Positions 28,203-36,683 of a stretch of 64,000 bases of DNA are shown here, piece after piece. Every line of letters begins with the position of its first letter. Position 1 is the first letter of the stretch. Source of the DNA: Candidatus Sericytochromatia bacterium (GTDB taxonomy: Bacteria; Cyanobacteriota; Sericytochromatia; S15B-MN24; JAQBPE01); assembly GCA_035285125.1 (NCBI GenBank), contig JAYKHR010000045.1:96001-160000 (forward strand). Direction: 5' to 3'. Under the pieces are notes generated by a model. It ran no database searches. It was not told the DNA's origin and saw only the letters and a list, made by a program, of their open reading frames with translations. The position numbers and the translations under genes were made by a program.

Positions 28203-29543
28203 ATGTTCCCTCTTCAGCGTTCCTGGTTCCACGCCCCGCTCGCCACCGTGGTGGTGCTGGCGGCCTGCACGGCGGCCCCGCCGACCACCTCCGAGGGCGC
28301 CGGCAAGGCAGGGACCAGCCGGCCTCAGAAGAAGGCGACGCCCGCCGCGTCGCTGACCGCGTCGCCGCCGGGCACACCCAAGCCGTCCCTCACGCCTGCC
28401 AGCGCCTCACCTCCGGCCTCGGCCTCGCCACCGGGCACCCCGAAGCCCTCAGCCAGCGGCCTCACCACGCCCACCCCAACCCCCAGCGCCAGCGGGACCG
28501 CCCCCGTCACCCCCGCGGCCAGCGCCAGCCCTGCCTCGACGCCCGTCCCCTCCAACCTGCCGTCCCCCGGCAACGCCACCGTCGGCACGTTTGCCGGCAC
28601 CGGGGCCGTGGGGATGGTCAACGGCGCCGCCAACGGCACGGCCACCTTCAAGGAGCCCAAGGGGCTCGCCCTGGGTCCCGACGGGGCGGTGTACGTCGCC
28701 GACACGGGCAACCACATGGTCCGCAAGGTCAAGGACGGGCAGGTGACGACGGTGCTGGGAGACGGCACCTTCACGACGCCCAACGACGCGGCGCGCCTGC
28801 GCAGCCCCGAGGACGTGGCCGTGGGACGCGACGGCGTCGTGTACATCAGCGACACCGCCAACCACCGCATCCGCAAGCACAAGCCAGGGACGGTGGACAC
28901 CGCCGGCAAGCCCATCACGGACTGGATCATCGGGAACGGCGGCCAGGGCTTCGCAGACGGCGAGGCCGACACCGCCGAGGTCAACGGCCCCTCGGGCATC
29001 GCCCTCACGGCCGACCAGACCAAGCTGTGGGTGGTGGACTCCGGCAACAACACGATCCGGCTTGTCACGCTGGCGACCCGCGCGGTGGTGACGGTGGCGG
29101 GCAAGGCGGGCGTGCTGGGCAACGCCGACGGCACGGGCGAGACGGCCCGCTTCAGCGTTCCGAAGGGGTGCTTCGCCGTGGGCAACGACACGCTCTACGT
29201 CGCGGACTCGGGCAACGAGAAGATCCGCAAGGTGGTGCTCGCGGGGAATCAGGGCACCGTGACCACGGTGGATTTCCCCGGGCTCTTCGCGCCAGCGGAC
29301 GTGTTGCTCTTCGGCCCCTACCTGTTCGTGTCGGATGAGGTGCTGCGCACCGTCGAGCGCAAAGAGGAGGCCTCGGGCACCAAGGAGGTGCTCGCACGGT
29401 CTACAACAGAGGGCTTCGTCGATGGCGACGCGCTCACCACCGCGCAGTTCCGCAGCCTGGCCGACCTGCTCGTGATGCCGACGGGCGAGATCCTCGTCGC
29501 CGACTACGGCAACAACCGCATCCGCAAGATCACGCAGAAGTGA
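28203..29543 (+). CDS. NHL-repeat beta-propeller lipoprotein
   Basis: Lipobox LAAC, S/P/T linker, and repeated P.G.A....YVADTGNH.VRK motifs. Confidence 0.9.
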   Translation: MFPLQRSWFHAPLATVVVLAACTAAPPTTSEGAGKAGTSRPQKKATPAASLTASPPGTPKPSLTPASASPPASASPPGTPKPSASGLTTPTPTPSASGTAPVTPAASASPASTPVPSNLPSPGNATVGTFAGTGAVGMVNGAANGTATFKEPKGLALGPDGAVYVADTGNHMVRKVKDGQVTTVLGDGTFTTPNDAARLRSPEDVAVGRDGVVYISDTANHRIRKHKPGTVDTAGKPITDWIIGNGGQGFADGEADTAEVNGPSGIALTADQTKLWVVDSGNNTIRLVTLATRAVVTVAGKAGVLGNADGTGETARFSVPKGCFAVGNDTLYVADSGNEKIRKVVLAGNQGTVTTVDFPGLFAPADVLLFGPYLFVSDEVLRTVERKEEASGTKEVLARSTTEGFVDGDALTTAQFRSLADLLVMPTGEILVADYGNNRIRKITQK

Positions 29544-29567
29544 CGGGCCGTCAGCGAACGGCCCGTC
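29542..29567. terminator. Perfect 10-bp stem-loop spanning two convergent stop codons
   Basis: gacgggccgt-cagcga-acggcccgtc. Confidence 0.4.
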
Positions 29568-30801
29568 GCTCGCTCTCCGCGACCACCAGGATGTCGAGGG
29601 GAAACATTCCTGCGCCCCACTCGCGCAGCAGCTTGCCCTTGCCCCTGGGATCGAGCTCGAGCACGCGGTTGGTGGCGTTGGCCACGACGTAGAGCAGGCC
29701 CGTGTCGGGGTCCTGCGCCACCATGGCCGGAGAGACCTTGGCCGGCAGCAGCGCGCGCACCTTGCCCGTCGCAAGCTCCACCTTGACCACCTCGGGCGGC
29801 TCGTCGTAGAAGCTCGGGGCGTACAGCCACTTGCCGTCACGCTTGTCCACCACCGCGTTGTGGGGGCCCTCCCCCACCACCAGGGTGCGGGCGATCTGCC
29901 GCTTGGCCACGTCAATCTCGACCACCTTGTTGGTCGAGCGGTAGGCCGCGTACATGAAGCGGCCGTCCCGGCTGAAGTCGACCTTGTAGGGCATCGTGAG
30001 CGGCACGATGAGCCGCCCGAGCTCGCGGCGCCCGTCGGCCGTGTGGAAGGTGATGCCGCTGGCCCGGTTGCCCGGCGGCGAGTCGTGGTCGAAGCGCGTG
30101 ACGGGCACGGTACCGTTGCCCGTCGCCCCCTCCATCGGCAGCCCCGACTTGCCGCGCCGCCGGTGCAGCACGACGAGCTCCTTGCCGTCGGGCGTGTAGT
30201 TCAGGCTGGACACCTGGGTGTCGAAGGGGAACGGGGCGACCTCCAGGCGTTCGAGGTGCTGCCCCGTGCGCGCGTCGACGCGCACCACCCCCGGCGGGCT
30301 GAACGGCACCGTCCAGAGCGACCGCCCGTCGCGGGTGTAGAGGGCCTGGGCCGAGAGGCGGCCCAGGTTCGCCTGCCCGTGGCACTCGTGACAGCTGGTC
30401 TTGCCGGCGAATTTGGCAGGCCCCAGGGCCTCATGGGGAGGAATCTTCGGGATGGGGGCCACCAGCATGTGGCGCTTGAACTCGCCGGTGCGGCCATCGA
30501 AGAACGACACGCTCTCCGAGCCCGTGTTCATGACCACGACCTCACGCCCATCTGGCGAGCGGGACCAGTTGTGCGGCAGGGCCCCCGTCGCCACCTTGCG
30601 GACCCGGTTGCGCGCCGGCTCGATGATGGTGACGGTGCCCTCGAAGACGTTGGAGACGAAGACCAAGGGGCCCCGCAGGTCCGGCGCGGCCGGCCTGGCA
30701 TGCCCCGCGGGCGCCGGGCTCAAAAAGCCGAGCGTGAGGGCTGCAAGCCCCCACGCCCACGCCTTCCGAAGCCTGTCAGAGGTCAGGGTTCGAGGTGCCA
30801 A
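29551..30801 (-). CDS. YncE/YVTN-like beta-propeller protein with one CxxCH motif
   Basis: Signal-like N-terminus. Repeats such as SPDGR.V.V.N..S.SVS..D, FSRDGR..Y and VGEGPH. SCHECH. Confidence 0.8.
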   Translation of the reverse strand: MAPRTLTSDRLRKAWAWGLAALTLGFLSPAPAGHARPAAPDLRGPLVFVSNVFEGTVTIIEPARNRVRKVATGALPHNWSRSPDGREVVVMNTGSESVSFFDGRTGEFKRHMLVAPIPKIPPHEALGPAKFAGKTSCHECHGQANLGRLSAQALYTRDGRSLWTVPFSPPGVVRVDARTGQHLERLEVAPFPFDTQVSSLNYTPDGKELVVLHRRRGKSGLPMEGATGNGTVPVTRFDHDSPPGNRASGITFHTADGRRELGRLIVPLTMPYKVDFSRDGRFMYAAYRSTNKVVEIDVAKRQIARTLVVGEGPHNAVVDKRDGKWLYAPSFYDEPPEVVKVELATGKVRALLPAKVSPAMVAQDPDTGLLYVVANATNRVLELDPRGKGKLLREWGAGMFPLDILVVAESERRAVR

Positions 30802-30814
30802 GGTGGATGTCCCG

Positions 30815-31567
30815 TCACTTCTCCACGACGGCGATGAACCTCTTGAGCGTCATCGTGAAGTTCTCGCCGGGGGCCAGGTCCCTGATGCCCGCGGCAGGCT
30901 CATCGACCCATCGGAGCAGCGGCCGGCCCGAGTCGTCCGTGCCCACGAGGTTCTTGAGTTCGAAGGTGACCTTCGGCGGCGGCTCGACGGTGGGCTGGGC
31001 CGTCAGGTTGCGCGGGACGAATCGCTGGCTGAAGGCCCGGTTGGCGTAGTCGAGCGAGACGTCGCCGCTATAGTTCTCGGGGCTGGCGCCACCGCGCCGG
31101 AAGATGTAGTCCATCTTCCACTTGGTCACCATGCCGGACCCGGCGAGCTGGTTGAAGTCGGGCTCGTTGCTCGCGACCGTGAAGCGGACCACGGCGTCCG
31201 TGGCGATGATGATGTCGCCCGTGACGTAGCCGCTGCTGATGCCGAACATGCGGGCCCGGTGACCGACGGCGTCACCCTGCCGGATGGTGTACTTGAAGGC
31301 GCCGTTGTTGGTGGTGGTGGTAGAGGTCCGGCCGTCGTACGAGGACCGGTAGTGCAGCACCGTGATGCCAGGGAAGCCCTTGGCGCCCAGGTTCGAGTCA
31401 CTCGAACCCTCGTAGAGCCGGTTGGAGATGTTGGCCGGCGGCGGCGGGGGGGGCGGGTTGCGGCCCGTGCCCATGCCGGCCTCGGCCGGGATGGCGGGGA
31501 GCAGGGTGGAGCCGACGAGGGTGGCGCAAGCCAGCACGAGGGTGCGGCGGTTGAACATCTGAAGCAT
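30815..31567 (-). CDS. Hypothetical exported protein, possible Tat signal
   Basis: AAGGAAG RBS. MLQMFNRRTLVLAC...PAEA, followed by a poly-Pro stretch. GC3-rich. Confidence 0.75.
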   Translation of the reverse strand: MLQMFNRRTLVLACATLVGSTLLPAIPAEAGMGTGRNPPPPPPPANISNRLYEGSSDSNLGAKGFPGITVLHYRSSYDGRTSTTTTNNGAFKYTIRQGDAVGHRARMFGISSGYVTGDIIIATDAVVRFTVASNEPDFNQLAGSGMVTKWKMDYIFRRGGASPENYSGDVSLDYANRAFSQRFVPRNLTAQPTVEPPPKVTFELKNLVGTDDSGRPLLRWVDEPAAGIRDLAPGENFTMTLKRFIAVVEK

Positions 31568-31636
31568 GGAATCTTCCTTTCGACTTGAATCAGGCAAGCT
31601 CTGCAGCTGTCGGACGAACGAGAGGGGCGGGCCGCC

Positions 31637-33013
31637 CTAGTTCGTCACCACCGCCGGCGAGTTGGAGCCACGCATCGTGTAGGTCGCCCAGAAGTACCCG
31701 CGCTCCTGGAACACGGTGGCGAGCACGGGCTTCGTCCAGCCGGTCCCGAAGTCGTACTGGTAGCAGGGGAAGAAGGCCTGGCCGTTGGTCAGCGAGATCG
31801 GGTACTGCCTCTCGACCTCCTTGCCGACGACCCACTTCACCTTGACCTCCGCGCCCGGCTTGATCACGGCGCCGCCGAGGTCGAGGTCGGCGAAGTTGAC
31901 GGGCAGGAAGGGGGCGATCTGATCGGTCGGGGTCGGGGACTGCGTCGAGTCGTTCCAGAGCGTGTAGGTCTGAAGCGGACCGTACAGGTCGCCGTAGGGC
32001 TTGCCGTCGCGCGGCAGGGGGTTGAGCCACGTCAGGCGGATTTCGGTCTCTTCCTCCCCGTCGGGCATCTGAAGCGCCCCCGCGGGGACCTCCATATACA
32101 CCGTGTACAGCTCCTCGTCCGTCAGCGCGGCGAACAAGCCGAAGGCCCGCGCAGGGTCCAGCACGGAGGCGTTGGTGACGCCCGCCGCCACGGTGCCCGT
32201 CAGGGGCGTGCTGTGCGCCACGCCGCCCTGCGCGATGTTGATGCGGGTGACCTGCCGGTCGAGCCGCAGCACCTGCGTGTGGTAGGTGGCGGTCTCGTTG
32301 GGGTAGACGCCGAGGAAGTCGTCAAAGGGCACGTAGCCAGCCGCGTTCGAGCCGACGCGGATGGGGGAAGCCGGCGAGGGCTTGGCCTTGATCTGGTACC
32401 AGCCGTCAGCGTTGGTGGTGGTCTGCTGGAGCTCCGTCATCACAGGGACGTTCGCCGCGGGATTGCCCTTGTCGTCGATGATCCGTCCGACGATGGTGGC
32501 ATCGCCGCCCTTCGGGAAGACCTCACCCACCTTGGGGTCGACATAGACCGAGGGGCGCGTCCAGTTGACGGCCTCGGTGAGCGGCTTGGCCGCGTTGAAG
32601 GGCAGGTTGGAGACGGGCACGTCGGTGAAGCCCGGCGCAGCCGCCGCGTTGACCACCACGGGTTGGGTCGGCGGCGCGTAGTCGGGCAGCGCACCTGCAG
32701 CTCCCGCAGCGCCTGGGGTCGTCCCGGCAGGGCCTGCCACCTGTCCGGCCGTCCCGGGCGCCGGGCCCGCGGCCGTGTCCGTCTTGCCAGGCGCCTTCAG
32801 GCCGGGGACGTCCTCAGGAGAGAGGAACTGCGGGCCACCCTTGCCCTGGTTGACGGTGCCGGTGCCGCGGGGGGCGACCCCCTGCGTCTGGTTGCCACCC
32901 AGGTTTGCCGCGGGGTTGGCGCAGCCCCAGGCCGCCACGGCAAAGGCGGCAGCGGTAAGCGTGAGGCGCCCCCGGTAGCGCGTGAGCCAGGGGTTGGTTT
33001 GGTTCGAGCTCAC
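31637..33013 (-). CDS. Lipoprotein with carboxypeptidase-regulatory-like domain
   Basis: AAGGAGG RBS before GTG 33013. Lipobox AWGC. GRIIDDKGNP..NV.V....TTTNADG.Y.I. Confidence 0.8.
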   Translation of the reverse strand: MSSNQTNPWLTRYRGRLTLTAAAFAVAAWGCANPAANLGGNQTQGVAPRGTGTVNQGKGGPQFLSPEDVPGLKAPGKTDTAAGPAPGTAGQVAGPAGTTPGAAGAAGALPDYAPPTQPVVVNAAAAPGFTDVPVSNLPFNAAKPLTEAVNWTRPSVYVDPKVGEVFPKGGDATIVGRIIDDKGNPAANVPVMTELQQTTTNADGWYQIKAKPSPASPIRVGSNAAGYVPFDDFLGVYPNETATYHTQVLRLDRQVTRINIAQGGVAHSTPLTGTVAAGVTNASVLDPARAFGLFAALTDEELYTVYMEVPAGALQMPDGEEETEIRLTWLNPLPRDGKPYGDLYGPLQTYTLWNDSTQSPTPTDQIAPFLPVNFADLDLGGAVIKPGAEVKVKWVVGKEVERQYPISLTNGQAFFPCYQYDFGTGWTKPVLATVFQERGYFWATYTMRGSNSPAVVTN

Positions 33014-33215
33014 AAGACCCTCCTTCATCAGCACGACGGGAGCCCGATGGCCCCGCTTAACGTTTCGGTTCAATCTCCATGCCCTGTGCCCGTTCGGTGT
33101 TAACCCGTCGTGGCAGGCAAGGGGCCCGAACCGACCGATTCCGAGTTCCCGAGGGTCCGGCGCAGCAGCCTCCGCCCCCCTGTTTCAGTTATGCCCGGGC
33201 ATCATCACCTGGCTG

Positions 33216-33231
33216 ATTAATGGAAGGTTAA
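33216..33231. promoter_or_regulatory. Second copy of the ATTAAwGGAArGTTAA motif
   Basis: attaatggaaggttaa, identical to 27445-27460 at 14 of 16 positions. Also in a divergent intergenic region. Confidence 0.6.
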
Positions 33232-33374
33232 CCAGATCGCCCGGAAGGCCGGAAGATCGGGCCCCGTCCGCACAACCGGTTAAGGTTCAGCAAAGCCTGA
33301 GTTGTGACACGCAACCCCAGCGCGGCCAGGTGGGACAACGACCGAAGCAGCCCCGCCCCCTCAGGAGTACCGCC

Positions 33375-33794
33375 ATGCCCGTTGGCGCGCCGACCCGCAA
33401 GCCGCTGCTCGGCCTGATCATGCAGCGCGAGGGATTGATCGACGAGGCCACGCTGGCGCTGGCCGTCGAGGCCTGGGAGGCCCTGCGCGGGGAGGTCGGG
33501 TACGTGCCCTTCGGCCGCGTGGTGCTGGAACTCGGGATCTGCGATGCCGAGACGCTGGGCCCCTACCTGCACCTGCAGCGCCAGCTGGCCGTCGCGCCGG
33601 GGCCGCGCAAGCCGCTCGGGCACCTGCTGATCGAGAACGCGGTGCTGACGCCCTCTCAGGTGGCGATCGCGCTGAAGCTGCAGCGGGCCACGGGCAAGCC
33701 GCTCGGCACCCTGCTGGTCGAGGAAGAGGTGCTGCGCGAGCCTCAGCTGGAGGTGCTGCTCCGCTTCCAGGCCCGTAGCGTGCAGGCCGCCTGA
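33375..33794 (+). CDS. Stand-alone protein made of four MshEN-like motifs
   Basis: AGGAG RBS. LGLIMQREGLI, FGRVVLELGI, LGHLLIENAVL and LGTLLVEEEVL, each followed by ..xL..xL..Q-like tails. Confidence 0.75.
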   Translation: MPVGAPTRKPLLGLIMQREGLIDEATLALAVEAWEALRGEVGYVPFGRVVLELGICDAETLGPYLHLQRQLAVAPGPRKPLGHLLIENAVLTPSQVAIALKLQRATGKPLGTLLVEEEVLREPQLEVLLRFQARSVQAA

Positions 33795-33889
33795 CGCCCT
33801 GAAGGCCCGCCTGGCCGCTTGCTCGCCCCCTGGGGGTTTGCTACGATAGCCCTTCTGGCGCTCATTTCGAAGCGAGAAGGCAGGCAGCC

Positions 33890-35194
33890 GTGCGATTCAA
33901 ACACCTCGAGCACCCGTCGATGGGGCTCCACGTGCTTGCCACGGACAAGTTCAAGACCAACACCGTGGTCGTGACCATGCGCCTGCCGCTCGAGCAAGGC
34001 CGCGTCACGCGGGTGGCCCTGCTGCCCTATGTCCTGACGCGCGGCACGGCGACCCACCCGAGCGTGCGGTCGATGAACGCGGCGCTCGACCAGCTGTACG
34101 GGTCATTCCTGACGGCCGACGTGCACAAGCTCGGCGATCGACAGGTCGTGCAGTTCCGCCTCGAGCTGCCCAACGGCAAGTACATCCCGGGCCGCCCCGA
34201 GCTGCTGAGGCAGGGCCTCGCCTTACTCTACGAGGTGCTGACCCGTCCCGTGCGGGAGGCCGGTGCCCTCAAGGCGTCCTTCGTCGAGCTGGAAAAGGAC
34301 GCGCTGCGGAAGCGGGTCGAGGGCATCTTCAACAACAAGGCGTCCTACGCGCGGATCCGCTGCGTCGAGGCGATGTTCCCGGGCGACGCCTACGGCCTGT
34401 TCGCCGGGGGTCGGATCGAGGACCTGCCCGCCATCGACCCGGCGGCGCTGGAGGCCGAGTACGGTCGCCTGCTGGCCGAGAGCACGATGGATGCCTTCGT
34501 GGTGGGCGACGTCGACCCCGACGCAGTGGCTGAGGAGCTGCGCCGCGTCTTCACCTTCGAGGGCCTGCGGGCGGGGCGCCCCGTGGAAGCCCCGATGGCG
34601 CCAGGCGTGCCGCTGCCACCGGTCGCGCCTGCGGTGCGCCGGATCACGGAGGCGCAGGACGTGAACCAGGGGCAGCTCGTGGTGGGGCTGCGCACGCCCG
34701 TGCGGCTCGTGGACCCGGGCTACCACGCGATGGCGGTGTACAACGGCGTGCTCGGGGCCTTCGCGCACTCCAAGCTGTTCATGACGCTGCGGGAGCAGGA
34801 GAGCCTGGCCTACGCCACGGGCTCGCGCTACGACCCCCACCGGGGCGTGCTGTTCATCCAGGCCGGCATCGACGTGGCCAACGAGCCGCGGGCCGTCGCC
34901 GTCGTCGAGGCCGCCCTCGAGGCGATGCGGCGGGGAGAGGTCTCGGAGCAGGAGCTCGCACAGACGCGCGCCATGATGCTGCACGGCCACCACGAGGTCG
35001 AGGACAGCCCGGGCAGGCTGATCATGCAGGCCTTCGAGGCGCTGGTCGCGGGCCGGGAGCACCCGCACGAGGCGCTGGCGGCGGTGCTGCCCACCATCGG
35101 CGTCCCCGAGGTCGCGGCCGCCGCTGAGACCCTCCGGCTCGACACCGTGTACTTCCTGCGCGACGCGCAGCCCGCCCCGACGGCCGCCCCCTAG
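33890..35194 (+). CDS. ymfF: M16 family non-catalytic peptidase subunit (YmfF-like)
   Basis: LHVL.TDKFKT, Q..LV.G.R, NG.LG.F.HSKLF..LRE.ESLAY. No HxxEH. Confidence 0.85.
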   Translation: MRFKHLEHPSMGLHVLATDKFKTNTVVVTMRLPLEQGRVTRVALLPYVLTRGTATHPSVRSMNAALDQLYGSFLTADVHKLGDRQVVQFRLELPNGKYIPGRPELLRQGLALLYEVLTRPVREAGALKASFVELEKDALRKRVEGIFNNKASYARIRCVEAMFPGDAYGLFAGGRIEDLPAIDPAALEAEYGRLLAESTMDAFVVGDVDPDAVAEELRRVFTFEGLRAGRPVEAPMAPGVPLPPVAPAVRRITEAQDVNQGQLVVGLRTPVRLVDPGYHAMAVYNGVLGAFAHSKLFMTLREQESLAYATGSRYDPHRGVLFIQAGIDVANEPRAVAVVEAALEAMRRGEVSEQELAQTRAMMLHGHHEVEDSPGRLIMQAFEALVAGREHPHEALAAVLPTIGVPEVAAAAETLRLDTVYFLRDAQPAPTAAP

Positions 35195-35202
35195 GAGGTC
35201 CC

Positions 35203-36504
35203 GTGCAAGTCCGCACCTTCGACACCCTCAAGGAGTCCGTGTACGAGGAGACGCTGCCCAACGGGCTGGTGGTCCAGCTCGTGCCGCGGCCCGGCTACGC
35301 GAAGACCTTCGCCGTCTTCACGACCCGCTACGGGTCGGTCGACAACCACTTCCAGCGGGAGGGAGAGCCCGCCTGCCAGGTGCCCGACGGCATCGCGCAC
35401 TTCCTCGAGCACAAGCTGTTCGAAGAGGAGTGGGGGGACATCTTCCACACCTTCTCGAGCCAGGGCGCCTCCGCCAACGCCTTCACGAGCCACAACCGCA
35501 CGGCCTACCTGTTCTCCGCCACCGACCAGGTCGAGACGAACCTCGAGACGCTGCTGGACTTCGTGCAGCGGCCCCACCTGACGCCCGAGAACGTGGAGAA
35601 GGAGAAGGGCATCATCGAGCAGGAGATCCGCATGTACGACGACATGGCGTACTGGCGGGCCCACCGGCACCTGCTCGAGAACCTGTTCCACGTGAACCCG
35701 GTGCGCATCGACATCGCAGGGACGGCCGAGTCGATCGGCCGCATCGACCGCGAGACGCTGATGGCCTGCTACGAGACGTTCTACCACCCCAGCAACATGC
35801 GGCTGTGCGTGGTGGGCGACCTCGCGCCGGACCGCGTCATGGCCCTCGTGCGGGAGAACCAGGCGCGCAAGGCCTTCCCGCCGGCCCGCCCGATCACGCG
35901 CGTCTTCCCACCCGAGCCGCCTGAGCCCGCGCGCCGGACGCACACCGTGCGGCTCGCCGTCTCTCGGCCGATGGTGCTGCTCGGCTGGAAAGACCGGACG
36001 ACGACGCCTGCGGAGGGTCACCTGCGGCGCACGCTGCTGATGGGCCTGCTGCAAGACGTGATGTTCGGCCGCTCGTCCGCGCTGTTCCAGGACCTGCTCG
36101 ACCAGGGCGCCATCGACGACATGCTCGCCTACGACTACGACCTCGGCGAGGGCTTCGGCTACTCGTACATCGGGACGGAGACGGACGACCCGGCCGCCTT
36201 CGAGCAGGCCGTGCTCGCCGCCGTCGAAGCCTTCCGCCGCGAGGGCCTGCCCGCGGACGAGTTCGAGCGGGCCGGCCACAAGCAGATCGGGGACTACCTC
36301 TACACGCTCAACAGCCCGGAGGCCGTGGCGAACCAGGTGACGGAGGTCGCCTTCCAGCACGGCGACTACTTCGCCATCCCCGAGTTGTTGACCAGGCTCA
36401 CGCGGGAGGAAGCCGAGGCGTTGCTGCGGGAGCACTTCGATCCGGCCCAGTGCGTCACCTCGATCGTGCTGCCGGGCGGCGAGGCGCCCACGCCGGAGGG
36501 CTGA
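35203..36504 (+). CDS. ymfH: M16 family zinc peptidase (YmfH-like)
   Basis: VPDGIAHFLEHKLFE (HxxEH), ANAFTS, VEKEKGIIEQEI.MY.D and FYHPSNM. Confidence 0.9.
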   Translation: MQVRTFDTLKESVYEETLPNGLVVQLVPRPGYAKTFAVFTTRYGSVDNHFQREGEPACQVPDGIAHFLEHKLFEEEWGDIFHTFSSQGASANAFTSHNRTAYLFSATDQVETNLETLLDFVQRPHLTPENVEKEKGIIEQEIRMYDDMAYWRAHRHLLENLFHVNPVRIDIAGTAESIGRIDRETLMACYETFYHPSNMRLCVVGDLAPDRVMALVRENQARKAFPPARPITRVFPPEPPEPARRTHTVRLAVSRPMVLLGWKDRTTTPAEGHLRRTLLMGLLQDVMFGRSSALFQDLLDQGAIDDMLAYDYDLGEGFGYSYIGTETDDPAAFEQAVLAAVEAFRREGLPADEFERAGHKQIGDYLYTLNSPEAVANQVTEVAFQHGDYFAIPELLTRLTREEAEALLREHFDPAQCVTSIVLPGGEAPTPEG

Positions 36505-36506
36505 CA

Positions 36507-36611
36507 GGTGCAAAGGACGCGCTGGGCGTCCCGATGGCGGTCACCCCCCGGCCGGACGGGCGGCGGACCGTCGCCGATGCGGGCCACGGCCAGGTCCGCA
36601 TGGTCCCGGCG
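36507..36611 (+). pseudogene. Relic of the 3' end of another NHL-lipoprotein paralog
   Basis: Translates as GAKDALGVPMAVTPRPDGRRTVADAGHGQVRMVPA, which aligns without gaps to the paralog end EGEDALSMPIGLLVMPDGRLVIADAGSNMVRILPA. Confidence 0.7.
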
Positions 36612-36683
36612 GAGCCCCTGCCAGGAGGCTTCACGACGCCGCGGGCTCGTTTTCAGCGCGCTGGCGAGGGGTACGTTGGGGCC

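Noticed and set aside
33235..33310. Possible c-di-GMP riboswitch upstream of the MshEN-like gene (GCAAAGC, cacaac/gttgtg stem)
   Set aside because: I could not find the GGCAAA/GNRA tetraloop-receptor architecture of class I. An Rfam cmscan would settle it.
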